From contig OZ244922.1 of NCBI GenBank assembly GCA_965221905.1, positions 128,001-192,000 on the forward strand: a stretch of 64,000 bases of DNA. Reading direction: 5' to 3'. This DNA comes from Chloroflexota bacterium (GTDB taxonomy: Bacteria; Chloroflexota; UBA11872; VXOZ01). The number at the start of each line of letters is the position of its first letter. Position 1 is the first letter of the stretch. The notes beneath the pieces are model-generated. The model saw only the letters and a program-made list of their open reading frames with translations, had not been told where the DNA came from and did not search any database. Shown in pieces: positions 1 through 9,489 of the stretch. The translations under genes and the position numbers were made by a program.

Positions 1-631
1 CCACCACCAGGTAGGTCAGCGGCGTGGCGAGGATTTCGTAGAGTGTCTTTGCGATCCAAGCGAGTATCATCGCGCGGAAGACGTCCATCGCAGGCCAGAG
101 TCCGGAGATGCCGAAGGCAATGCCGTAGAACATCACCGAGTCGACGCCTTGGCCGACAAATGTCGACGATATGGTGCGCAGCCAAAGATGCCGACCCGCC
201 GTACGGTTCTTGAGGACCACCATCACCATGGCATTGGCGAATTCACCCACCAAGTACGCCGCGAACGAGCCCATCAAGACCCAGGTGGTGGTGCCCAGTA
301 TGGCCTGGTAGGCGTCCTGGTTCTCCCAGAAGACGGCGCCGGGGATGATGCCGCCAAGCCAAAAGAAGATGACCATAACCAGGTTGCATGCAAAACCAAG
401 CCAGATGATGCCGCGAGCGACCCGAAAACCGTACACTTCGGTCAGAATGTCACTGATGATGTAGCTTAGAGGGAAGCAGATGACGGCAACGGATACCACG
501 AAACCGGTGCTGCCGAGGAATTCGAAGGGCAGATCGAAGAGCGAGAGGGGCTTGGCGGCGATCACGTTGCTCACAAGCAGCACGGTGACTGCCAGGGCGG
601 CGATGATGACGAGCTTGCCGGAAAACCGCAT
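1..631 (-). CDS. Queuosine precursor transporter (VUT/YhhQ family), 3'-truncated by window edge
   Basis: ATG at 631 with GGAGG RBS. Hydrophobic ORF with ILTEVYG and WIAKTLYEILATPLTY motifs typical of VUT family. Confidence 0.8.
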   Translation of the reverse strand, partial: MRFSGKLVIIAALAVTVLLVSNVIAAKPLSLFDLPFEFLGSTGFVVSVAVICFPLSYIISDILTEVYGFRVARGIIWLGFACNLVMVIFFWLGGIIPGAVFWENQDAYQAILGTTTWVLMGSFAAYLVGEFANAMVMVVLKNRTAGRHLWLRTISSTFVGQGVDSVMFYGIAFGISGLWPAMDVFRAMILAWIAKTLYEILATPLTYLVV

Positions 632-812
632 TGACCCTTAGACCTCCTTGTTGTTGGCGAATTAAGTTTGCCTGACGTATCGCAGGCAGTATAGTGCAAA
701 ATGCGCTGTCGGTTCAAGGCACGGGGTGTGACCGGGAGTTCGCGTGGCACCTGGGAGGCGCGACGTAGTGTTGGAATAAAAAAAGGCTATCGCCTGTGGG
801 AGGTTTTTCAAC

Positions 813-2420
813 GTGGTAATAGATTCAGGCTTGGTCGGACATTGGATGTTAGACGGTAATTTTGACGATCGCTCGGGCAATGGCAATCACGGTCAAAGCA
901 ACGGAGCGGTTGCACTTACGCCGCCAAATCCGATTGCCAGCCTGCCGGGAACGGCCCAATTCGACGGTCGCAGTGCGTGCATCACGGTGCCCCATAGCGA
1001 GACCCTGGCGCTAGGCACGGCGGACTTCTCCATGGCGGCGTGGGTGAACACGAACCGGATCACGACCGACGTGCCCGGCGATATCCTCAGCAAGTTCTGC
1101 GGCGGCACGCGGCGCGGCTTCAACTTCGGCATTCAGACCGCTGCCGGCGTGGCCTCCTCCCAAAGCAACTGGCGCAACGTCTTCTTCGGCATAGACGACG
1201 GCAAGGTGGAGCCGGGATGGACCAACAACGGCAGGCCAGGTAACGCGCAGTGCGTCATGGGCATGGCCGTGCACGAGGGCGCGCTCTACGCCGGCACCTA
1301 TGAGGGCGGCGCGGGCGAGACCGGGCACGTCTACCGCTTCGCGGGCGGAACTGCTTGGGAGGACTGCGGTGCACCCGCCGACTGCAATGCCGTGAGCACG
1401 CTGGCAGTATACGACGGCGATCTTTACGCGGGGGTGAGTTGCTACCGCGCGCAGGGCTCCAGTCTGCCGGAGTCGCCGAACCGACGACCGGGCGGCAGCG
1501 TCTATCGCTATGCCGGGGGCAAGGAGTGGGTGGACTACGGCCAACTCGGTGACGCCGAGGACGTGTTCGGCTTGGCGGTCTACAACGGCGAACTCTACGG
1601 CTCGGCCATGTACTCTGCGGGCATGTTCAAATACGCGGGCGGCAAGACCTGGCTGCCCTGCGGCGACCCGGGCACGCGAGTCGCGGTGCTGGGCGTCTTC
1701 CAAGGCGGTCTCTATGCCACGGGCTACGACGTGGGCGGCGTCTTCCGCTACGAGGGCGCACAACACTGGTCCTTCTGCGGGAATGCGAGCGCTTCAACCC
1801 AGCTCTATTCGTTTGCGTCGTATCAGGGCCTACTCCATACCGGTGTGTGGCCCAGCGGGTCCGTATACCGCCAGGAAGACGGCCTGCCTTGGCTCGATTG
1901 CGGACGCTTGGGCGAGGAGCTGGAAGTCATGGGCATGATGGTCTACAACGGGAAGCTCTACGCCGGCACGCTGCCTACAGGTTCCGTATATCGCTACGAC
2001 GGTGAGGGCGAGTGGGTGTCCACGGGTCAACTCGACACCACGCCGGACGTCAAATACCGTCGCGCCTGGACCATGGCGGTCTACCAGGGCCGCCTCTTCT
2101 GCGGCACGCTGCCGTCAGGGAACGTGCTCTCGCTGGAGGGCGGCAAAAATGTGACCCACGACCATGCGCTGCCAGGCGGCTGGCATCACTTGGCGGCCGT
2201 CCGCGCCGACGACGTGTTGCGGCTGTACGTTGACGGCGCGCTGGTAGCAACGTCCGCGCCGTTCAACGCCGCCGATTACGACCTTTCAACCGAGGAGCCG
2301 CTGCACATCGGCTTCGGCGCCATCGGCCACTTCAGCGGCAGTCTGGGTGATGTGCGGCTCTACAACCGGGCGCTGAGCGATGCGGAGGTTGAGCAAGTCT
2401 TCGAGAGACCACGTCTATGA
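813..2420 (+). CDS. LamG-like jellyroll protein with inserted beta-propeller repeats
   Basis: N-term GLVGHWMLDGN and C-term WHHLAAV...LYVDG...DVRLYNRAL LamG halves flank repeated VYRY.G...W.DCG units. Confidence 0.7.
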   Translation: MVIDSGLVGHWMLDGNFDDRSGNGNHGQSNGAVALTPPNPIASLPGTAQFDGRSACITVPHSETLALGTADFSMAAWVNTNRITTDVPGDILSKFCGGTRRGFNFGIQTAAGVASSQSNWRNVFFGIDDGKVEPGWTNNGRPGNAQCVMGMAVHEGALYAGTYEGGAGETGHVYRFAGGTAWEDCGAPADCNAVSTLAVYDGDLYAGVSCYRAQGSSLPESPNRRPGGSVYRYAGGKEWVDYGQLGDAEDVFGLAVYNGELYGSAMYSAGMFKYAGGKTWLPCGDPGTRVAVLGVFQGGLYATGYDVGGVFRYEGAQHWSFCGNASASTQLYSFASYQGLLHTGVWPSGSVYRQEDGLPWLDCGRLGEELEVMGMMVYNGKLYAGTLPTGSVYRYDGEGEWVSTGQLDTTPDVKYRRAWTMAVYQGRLFCGTLPSGNVLSLEGGKNVTHDHALPGGWHHLAAVRADDVLRLYVDGALVATSAPFNAADYDLSTEEPLHIGFGAIGHFSGSLGDVRLYNRALSDAEVEQVFERPRL

Positions 2421-2577
2421 ATAAGTTGCCACATGTTCGCAAGAACGCCTCCTGCGGATGGCCTTGACCGAAGAAATATCCCGAAGCCTTACGACATGGT
2501 TTGCAAGCTAAGCCAACGAAGACTTGTCGTCACCTCGTACGGCCAGGGCCAGCTTAGCACCTAGCCAGAGAGCGAAA

Positions 2578-3174
2578 CTACGTGGCGGCGGTGGTGCTAA
2601 TCTTCGATTCTCGCCTCCGCATCCGCTCTCGTTGGACTCGCTTGTTTGCACCGGTTGCGTTGATACGCCACCTAAGCATCGCTTCACTCGCGCCAAGGCG
2701 TTCCCGAGCTTCTTGCTCTGTGAATTTGCCTCGCGCGACAGCGAGTGCCATGTCAGAGGTGACCAGCAACTCGCCACCAAGCCAATTTGCTTCCTCTTCC
2801 CTACCATCATTCCAATTCCTGCATCCCGTCGACGGGTCAAGAGCGGGTTCAGGTTCGTGGAGTAGGAGGGCGTGGGCCAGTTCATGTGCCAAATCACTAT
2901 TCTGCCGAACCTTGGAGTGAGAATCGTTGTGGACGATTATCCTGCGATGACCGTCAAAGACGGTGAGAGCGGAGAATGCCTCCTGCTCTTCTGAAAGGAA
3001 ATACTGAATTCTGGCCGAATCGGGTACGAGGCGGCTCAGCGGCTCAACAGGAATCTCTAAGTGTTGGGCAAGGCCGAGAGGGTCGAGGCCATCGAGCGGC
3101 CCAAGCCCAAGTTCAGCCCTGACTTCCAAAGCCAATTTGGTTGCTTCAGACTTGAATCCCCTTCGAAGTTTCAC
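2578..3174 (-). CDS. ImmA/IrrE (CapP-like) Zn metallopeptidase
   Basis: AHELAHALL (HExxH) and EEEANWLGGELL motifs. Lies directly downstream of an XRE gene. Confidence 0.9.
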   Translation of the reverse strand: MKLRRGFKSEATKLALEVRAELGLGPLDGLDPLGLAQHLEIPVEPLSRLVPDSARIQYFLSEEQEAFSALTVFDGHRRIIVHNDSHSKVRQNSDLAHELAHALLLHEPEPALDPSTGCRNWNDGREEEANWLGGELLVTSDMALAVARGKFTEQEARERLGASEAMLRWRINATGANKRVQRERMRRRESKISTTAAT

Positions 3175-3177
3175 CAG

Positions 3178-3537
3178 CTACTCCTGTTTTCTCAGTCGCT
3201 GATAGGTCAGCTTTACTACCTCATCAAGTGTTGCCGCTGCTTCCGGCGTCAGGTTCTTGTCGCTTCTGAGGTAGGTCGAAATCATCGCCAGGGGCTCGGG
3301 CTCGCCTTGCTTGTTCTCAGAACGTACAAAGTCGTCTGCCTTGAGCCCAGACCAAGACACCAGCGCGGCTAGTCCATCGACATCCGGCCTCTTTCCTTGG
3401 GCCATTCTCGTCAGAGTCGAAGCGCTGACCCCCGACTGGGCGGCGACTTCCTTCCAGTTGAGGTTCCTTGACCTGCGCGTTGCGTCCAGTGCCTCGTAAA
3501 ATCCCTTGCTGTCGAATTTCCCGTGCTTCTGGTCCAT
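3178..3537 (-). CDS. XRE-family HTH regulator (CapH-like)
   Basis: WKEVAAQSGVSASTLTRMAQGKRP HTH. ATG at 3537 with GGGAGG RBS. Confidence 0.85.
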   Translation of the reverse strand: MDQKHGKFDSKGFYEALDATRRSRNLNWKEVAAQSGVSASTLTRMAQGKRPDVDGLAALVSWSGLKADDFVRSENKQGEPEPLAMISTYLRSDKNLTPEAAATLDEVVKLTYQRLRKQE

Positions 3538-3638
3538 CTGGGCCTCCCTATGGGTTGCAATTCTCAAAACGACCACCTATAATAGAATTATTGGTTAGCA
3601 ACCGAACACCGCAATAGCAATCGAAAGGATTGTACCAC

Positions 3639-3887
3639 ATGAATGGCGATACGCAAATCTACGTGAGCGGCCGAGAGCATAAAGTCTCAGGTAATGTCGT
3701 GAGCTACGAGCAGATCGTGAAGATCTGGAACGAGCTGCACAAGACTGAGAACAAGCACATCATTGGCACGCCCGGCATCGACTACGAAGACGACCTGAAA
3801 GGTGAGGACGGTGTCCTCCAGCAAGGCAAAGACGTTAGAGTCAAGGACGGCACGAGTTTCTCTGTCGACCCGGAACATGTCTCGTAA
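3639..3887 (+). CDS. Multi-ubiquitin-type (beta-grasp) ubiquitin-like protein
   Basis: TQIYVSGREHKV...VSYEQIV...GVLQQGKDVRVKDGTSFSV fits the Multi_ubiq pattern. AAGGA RBS. Ends -EHVS. Confidence 0.75.
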   Translation: MNGDTQIYVSGREHKVSGNVVSYEQIVKIWNELHKTENKHIIGTPGIDYEDDLKGEDGVLQQGKDVRVKDGTSFSVDPEHVS

Positions 3888-5064
3888 GGACCGCCTCACT
3901 GCGTTCGGCGAGCAGGCCGGGTTTGGCGTCAAAGTCGAATCCGATTTAGTGCGGGCCGTACAGGTTCCGTGTCTCCTTTCAGACTGCTCTGTCGGCACTT
4001 GCACTATTGAGACGTCTTACAATCCCGCCAGCGGGAAACCGGACAGAAAGATCGGCGGGGACGTACATGCAGTGCGGATCACAATCAACGAAGAGTGCGA
4101 CGGGCGCGTGTACCACGCAGATGGAACACCAATCGGGAACTACGTCGACGGTGACGACAAGACCTGGTCGAACATTTCAATCAAGAAAGGGTGGCAAGGA
4201 AGTCCCGAGGAAGACGCGACGGCAAGCGACTTGATCCACCGCTATGCGAAGCACATCGTAGGGGCAGTGTCGGCTGCCGGATACTCTGGGACCAATTTTC
4301 TTGCAAAGCCCGGTCCGTTCAAGATCCCCAACACTTTTGAGGCGCGGGCAGCGATAGGTCCAGTGCAAGACCGCATCCGTGATCAACGTATTGCGATCAT
4401 CGGACTGGGTGGTACGGGTGCTTACGTCCTAGACCTCATGGCGAAGACGCCGGTGTCGGAAATCCATCTTCTGGATGCCGACTTTGTTGATTGGCACACC
4501 TTCATGCGGGCCCCCGGCGCACCTACTACCGAGGAGATTGAATCGCGGCGAAAAGAACGTTCGCGAAAAGTAGCTTACTACTATTCCAAGTACGAGTCAC
4601 TCCGCGAAGGCATATTCGTGCACGAAATTCGAGTGGACAGCGCCACAGTTTTCAATGAGTTTCTGTCGGACCATCCCATCGACTATGCCTTTGTGTGTAT
4701 CGACCAACTGACCGAAGGTGATTCGCCGCGTCAGGATGTAGTGTACTGTGCGCTCTCTGAGGCGTGGGTTCCGTTCATAGATTCGGGCGTGAGCATTACG
4801 GTGGAGAACTCCGCCGTTAGCGGCGCGGTGACGACAAACTCCTTTGACGCGGGCTCTGTGGCGTGGAAGAAAAACATACCGAATGCTAGAGTCGAGGGCA
4901 ACATGCCGGGCTATCGCAACATTCAACTGCCGGAAGTGAACGCGCTTGCGGCGGCACTCGCTGTGATGGAGTGGCGGCGGCGCACTGGGCAGTATGTTTC
5001 GGAGTCAGAATCGTCTCTCCATAAGTTGCGATTTAAGAAGCCGGACATTTTATGTGTGAAATGA
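3877..5064 (+). CDS. ThiF/E1-family adenylyltransferase with extra N-terminal (DUF6791/E2-like) domain
   Basis: IAIIGLGGTGAYVLD, LDAD, FVCID and NALAAALAV motifs. About 160-aa N-terminal domain. ATG at 3877 overlaps the Ubl 3' end. Confidence 0.85.
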   Translation: MSRKDRLTAFGEQAGFGVKVESDLVRAVQVPCLLSDCSVGTCTIETSYNPASGKPDRKIGGDVHAVRITINEECDGRVYHADGTPIGNYVDGDDKTWSNISIKKGWQGSPEEDATASDLIHRYAKHIVGAVSAAGYSGTNFLAKPGPFKIPNTFEARAAIGPVQDRIRDQRIAIIGLGGTGAYVLDLMAKTPVSEIHLLDADFVDWHTFMRAPGAPTTEEIESRRKERSRKVAYYYSKYESLREGIFVHEIRVDSATVFNEFLSDHPIDYAFVCIDQLTEGDSPRQDVVYCALSEAWVPFIDSGVSITVENSAVSGAVTTNSFDAGSVAWKKNIPNARVEGNMPGYRNIQLPEVNALAAALAVMEWRRRTGQYVSESESSLHKLRFKKPDILCVK

Positions 5065-5082
5065 CCTGCGAGGGTAAATGCC

Positions 5083-5499
5083 TTGAAGCTCCATCCCATC
5101 TTTGTGGAGATTATGCCCGATTTCGACGCAATCAAAGATGGCGAGCTTTGGATCAGCCACAAGCATCGGACAATAAATCTGCGCTGTCCATATGGCTGTG
5201 GCGAATTGACGGTGCTGTCCCTCCACCCCAGTCGATGGCACGTTTACTTCGATGGGAAGTCGGTCTCCCTTGACGGTCCAACGGGTGGGTCCGTGTGGGC
5301 TAGATCCTGCTGTGGTAGCCACTACAAAATTCTAAACAACATTGTGATTTGGTTGGAAGGGATCGATCCAGGTCGCCATTCGGAGTATGCGGATGGCGAG
5401 CGGACCCGCATGCTTGGCTCAACCTCGAATGGTCAGACTCTTCGTTCATGGCTCAGACGCATATGGCATGTTATGTCGTTGGGCAGTTGGCCTAAGTAG
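5083..5499 (+). CDS. DUF6527-like Cys/His metal-binding protein
   Basis: FVEIMP...GELWIS...CPYGCGE...L.P..W...CGSHY.I pattern. Confidence 0.75.
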   Translation: MKLHPIFVEIMPDFDAIKDGELWISHKHRTINLRCPYGCGELTVLSLHPSRWHVYFDGKSVSLDGPTGGSVWARSCCGSHYKILNNIVIWLEGIDPGRHSEYADGERTRMLGSTSNGQTLRSWLRRIWHVMSLGSWPK

Positions 5500-5650
5500 T
5501 ATTGCTCTATTCCGCTAGGTCGAGTGGGGCTATCTGATGCTCTGATCAGGCTAACCGTCCAATGGTCGCAAGACTAGCACACGTCTTATTGGGTCGCTGT
5601 AAAGGCGACGGGCCACACCGTCTCATCGAATCAAGTAAGGACTGATGACC

Positions 5651-6520
5651 TTAACCTCCCAGTTTGGATCGTATACCTTCCTCGAACTCAGTCAAAGTAA
5701 CGGGAGAGCCACCCGTCAGTCCCTCGGTGGCCCTCTCAAGTGTCGTGATGTGGACACTATCCCTAACAAGCTTAAAGCGTCTGCCGTCGTCGACTTCTTG
5801 GAAGTCTACAGTAAACCACGCTATGTCCCCGTTGGACAGGTCGCCAACCTCCTCCATATGCCCAAGGGATTCGAAGAAGTGCTTGTCAACCACTACTGCC
5901 ATCTTCTTGCCCCATCGACGGAGCGTAGGCACTTTGATCTGCAACTGGGGCATTAGACGCTTCGGGCCGCTACTCCGATAGTCAGGTCGCCGTATCTGTC
6001 TCGGAAAGGGCGGGTGTTCTCCATCATAATCCCTGATGTACCGGAACTCTTCACTCATGCTCCTGCCGGAAAAGTAGACAGCTTGAATCTCCAAGGCGCA
6101 CCAATTGAGCGCTGCCGAACAGGTCTCCTGATCTGCCAGAACCATGTCTATTCGCCCTACGTCGGTGTTTCCATCCTCTGCCCTCAGGAAGCCAATCTCG
6201 GTGGCTATGTCGGGTGCGGAAGTGCCCAAGACAGTTTCACCCACCCATTGAAAGATCGTCTTGTCCTCTTCAAATCGCCGTGGACAGAGCACCCTCAGTC
6301 CGGCCTCCGCACCCGATTCAGGTATTGCTACACCGTCGGAATCTTCGTACGATCTGAATGAACAAACACCTCCCCTCTTTGTGCATTGTCCTCCACCCAT
6401 GCGAAAGGGGCATGGGTGGGAACCGGTTCCAGCGGAGTATGCGCGCCGTTCGTCTTGCGTCAAACCGACGAATGAATGTCCGTACCACTCCCCTATGCCA
6501 AAGCGTCGAGGCCGAGTCAT
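5651..6520 (-). CDS. NotI-family restriction endonuclease
   Basis: Four-Cys Fe-S motif (CPF..CTK..GVCS..LCPRRF), IDMVL..ALEIQAVYFSG and RPDYRSSGPKRLMPQL. Confidence 0.85.
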   Translation of the reverse strand: MTRPRRFGIGEWYGHSFVGLTQDERRAYSAGTGSHPCPFRMGGGQCTKRGGVCSFRSYEDSDGVAIPESGAEAGLRVLCPRRFEEDKTIFQWVGETVLGTSAPDIATEIGFLRAEDGNTDVGRIDMVLADQETCSAALNWCALEIQAVYFSGRSMSEEFRYIRDYDGEHPPFPRQIRRPDYRSSGPKRLMPQLQIKVPTLRRWGKKMAVVVDKHFFESLGHMEEVGDLSNGDIAWFTVDFQEVDDGRRFKLVRDSVHITTLERATEGLTGGSPVTLTEFEEGIRSKLGG

Positions 6521-7473
6521 GGTGTTAGCTCGCGGGATGTGATGAGTAACTCGTACATCACCGCGTGGTGCGTATTCTTCATTGGAATCTTGGCCAGGTG
6601 GAATCCTCGCCTGAGCGCCATGTCAACTACGTCGGGACTCTCGTCGTAGGTCATCATGAAAACGCCTCGTACCCGCGACATACGCTCGAACAGGTTCTCG
6701 TGGTCGATCTCGTTGTACGTATACAGACGCCTTCCCGCCCGCTTGCCCGCGGCGGTGTAGGGAGGGTCGATGAAGAACGCGGCTGCCACGTTGTCCTTGC
6801 ACAATTCTACGAGGCCCACACCATCTCCCTGGAAGAAGTCGAATCGCTCGGCATAGTTCCCTATGGCGCGAATGCGGGCTGCTAGAGTGTCGGCGTACCA
6901 GCGGGAGGAGATTCCATGGCCGTTCTCTCCCTGCTTCATCACCGAGGCGCCCTTGGCCATGATGCCACCCCGACTGACCCTATTCCGCAACAGGGTCTGA
7001 AAGGCGGCGTCCATTCCGGATGCCCCGGCATCCTCGAACACAGTGCTCACGTTCTCTGAAGTCGCTACGAAACCTTCGACGCGCCGAGCAAGTTCCTCGG
7101 CGTCATCGAGCATGCACTGCCAGAGATTGGATATGTCCGGGTCCCTCTCGCATAGCACTGCACGATCCACATAACTGTCCATGACAGCCGTTAGGGATGC
7201 GATTCCGCCACCAGCAAACGGTTCAACGAAAACTTCTGGGCGGAAGTCGAGCCCTGCCAGAAACCTCCGTATTTCGGGCACAAGCCATGTCTTGCCGCCT
7301 GGATAGCGCAAAGGGCTTCGCTGCGGAACCGACGAGACGTTTACGGCCGTGTCGGATAGCACCGGAATCGCTTGCGCGACTTTCAGTTCGGCGGCGCCTT
7401 TGGCCCGCTCCTCCGTAAGAGAGGTCGCGTCGCTTTGGTTGAATGTGAATAAGTCTGTTCGAGGTTCCGTCAT
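6517..7473 (-). CDS. Dam/D12-class amino-DNA methyltransferase
   Basis: SPLRYPGGKTW, VEPFAGGG and FIDPPY. 4-nt overlap with the endonuclease. Confidence 0.9.
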   Translation of the reverse strand: MTEPRTDLFTFNQSDATSLTEERAKGAAELKVAQAIPVLSDTAVNVSSVPQRSPLRYPGGKTWLVPEIRRFLAGLDFRPEVFVEPFAGGGIASLTAVMDSYVDRAVLCERDPDISNLWQCMLDDAEELARRVEGFVATSENVSTVFEDAGASGMDAAFQTLLRNRVSRGGIMAKGASVMKQGENGHGISSRWYADTLAARIRAIGNYAERFDFFQGDGVGLVELCKDNVAAAFFIDPPYTAAGKRAGRRLYTYNEIDHENLFERMSRVRGVFMMTYDESPDVVDMALRRGFHLAKIPMKNTHHAVMYELLITSRELTP

Positions 7474-8015
7474 TGGCGGTCTATGTACTCTTCAGAATAG
7501 CCAAGAGCACTGTCCTAAGTTCTTTTCGGTCTGTGCTGTAACTCTCTTCTGATCATGTCTCGTATCATCCCCAACAGTTGTGTTGAAGTCAAGGTGTCGT
7601 GTAGCCACTTGCTGGTGGTAACCAAGCTACGCACATAAGCCCTCTTCACGGGGTGACGGAATGTCGGGACCGCTGGTGGTGGTTTGTCCGTGCACAGGAG
7701 AAGTGTGCGGCCGCAAGTTGCGTTTTGCGTTAGCGACTTGCAGAGAGCAATTACTCTTGTGACAGCAGCCAGGCTATCAAAGCTTCCACGAAGGCGTCGC
7801 CGTAGCCGGGGGCATGGCTGCTGCCCGCGTCCAGCCAAACGGCATTCGTGCTTGGCCCCGAATCTTGGGACTAAGACAGGGCCGCGGCGAGCGAGGCTCG
7901 AAGTCGGCGATCAAGACGGTACACAGCGAGTAAGACTCGAGCTCTGCGACTAAGACAGGTACGCGGTGAGTAGGACAGAAGAACCCAAACGAGAAGGCAG
8001 AGTCCGGTGTGTGGG

Positions 8016-9251
8016 CTACGCTTGGGCTCGGGCCATGCGCAACCGGGCCAGAGGTCGGTCATTGATCGGCAGGTGAACTAGGGCGGCGAATATGCCGAAG
8101 CCGACTCCCGCCCACCACATGGCGTCATAGGAACCTGTGCGGTCGTAGAGCAATCCGCCCAACCACACGCCAAGAAAGCCACCGACCTGATGGCTCAGAA
8201 AGACGATGCCGAACAGGGTGGCCATGAACTTGAGCCCGAACATCTGCGCCACTATGCCCGTGGTCAAAGGCACCGTTGAGAGCCAGAGCAGTCCCATAGA
8301 CGCGGCAAATAGGTAGATTGTCAGTTCGTTGGTCGGGGCGAGCAGCAGTCCCAATATGATCAGCGCCCGGCCGGAATAGATGGCGGAAAGACCGAGTTTC
8401 TTGGAGTATCGTTGCCCGAACGCGCCTGAAAGCAGTGAACCGATGATGTTGAACAGGCCTACTATGGAGAGCGCGTATGCGCCTGCGCGCGCCGAGAGAC
8501 CGAGATCGGTCACGAACGTGGGGAAATGTGCGGTGATAAACGCAACATGGAACCCGCACACGAAGAAACCCGCCGTTAGGAGCAAGAAGCTCCGATGACG
8601 CAGCGCCTCGCCCAAGGCATCGGTCAGGCCCTGGTCCGACGCCGGTTCTCCTCTTGATTCCGAGCCGCCTGGAAGGGTGAACGCCAGGGGGACCAAAACC
8701 AAGGCCACGACAGACATTACCAATAGGGAGTCGTACCAGCCGTAACGGGATATCAGGGTCTGATTGATCGGAGAAAAGAGCACTTGGCCCAGGGATCCTG
8801 CGGCGGTGCCAAGCCCCAATGCCATGGACCGCCGTTCCGGCCCGATAATACGGGCAACGGCCGCCAACACGAGGGAGTAGGAGCAGAAGGCCACTCCCAA
8901 ACCAACGAGAACTCCTCCGGTCAGGAATAGTGCGAGCCCGCTGTCAGACATCGCCATTCCGGCAACGCCAATAGCGTACACCACCGCCCCCAGGGCGACT
9001 ACCCTGGCCGTACCGAACCGGTCCGCAATCGCTCCGGCTACCGGAACGCCAATGCCCCACAATAGATTCTGGATCGCCAGCGCCAGCGAAAAGGTCTCCC
9101 GCGACCAGCCGTTCTCACTTGTCATCGGCGCCAGATAGAGGCCGAAGCTGGACCGGATTCCGAACCCGATGAGAGAGATCAGACATGCCGCCGCGATCAC
9201 CGCTGGCACGGTAAGGCGTCCGGAAAAAACGTTTGTGGAGGTAAGGCTCAA
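8016..9251 (-). CDS. MFS transporter
   Basis: 12-TM pattern with GAIADRFG motif A. Confidence 0.9.
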   Translation of the reverse strand: MSLTSTNVFSGRLTVPAVIAAACLISLIGFGIRSSFGLYLAPMTSENGWSRETFSLALAIQNLLWGIGVPVAGAIADRFGTARVVALGAVVYAIGVAGMAMSDSGLALFLTGGVLVGLGVAFCSYSLVLAAVARIIGPERRSMALGLGTAAGSLGQVLFSPINQTLISRYGWYDSLLVMSVVALVLVPLAFTLPGGSESRGEPASDQGLTDALGEALRHRSFLLLTAGFFVCGFHVAFITAHFPTFVTDLGLSARAGAYALSIVGLFNIIGSLLSGAFGQRYSKKLGLSAIYSGRALIILGLLLAPTNELTIYLFAASMGLLWLSTVPLTTGIVAQMFGLKFMATLFGIVFLSHQVGGFLGVWLGGLLYDRTGSYDAMWWAGVGFGIFAALVHLPINDRPLARLRMARAQA

Positions 9252-9489
9252 GAGAGTTTGCTCCGCAGCAACGGAACGTGGTGGCAGGCGCGAAGTTCAA
9301 GCGTTCGCTGCCGGCGATTCGAACTGATGGAGGACTGAACCTCTCAGCCGAAAGACGTTCAACGCTGCCGTTCCTCGGCGACGAGTCGATCCTAGGAGCA
9401 GCCTGCCCGCCGGCCCAAATGATCAACTTTCTATCTGTCTGTTTTCACTGCAAACGCAGTTCTAGAGTGCGACGTGAAAATCATCGGGC

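Noticed and set aside
632-812. preQ1 riboswitch upstream of the queuosine precursor transporter
   Set aside because: No GGTTC..CCC / AAAAAACTA class I signature is visible; only a small hairpin and a promoter-like motif.
7707-7714. NotI site upstream of the NotI-like R-M operon as a regulatory site
   Set aside because: Enzyme specificity is unknown. Another GCGGCCGC occurs at about 38675, and such sites are expected by chance at this GC content.
9278-9330. tRNA-derived att site (TGGTGGCAGG..GATTCGAAC) at the DGQHR island edge
   Set aside because: Spacing does not fit a tRNA 3' half. No matching second copy or integrase in the window.
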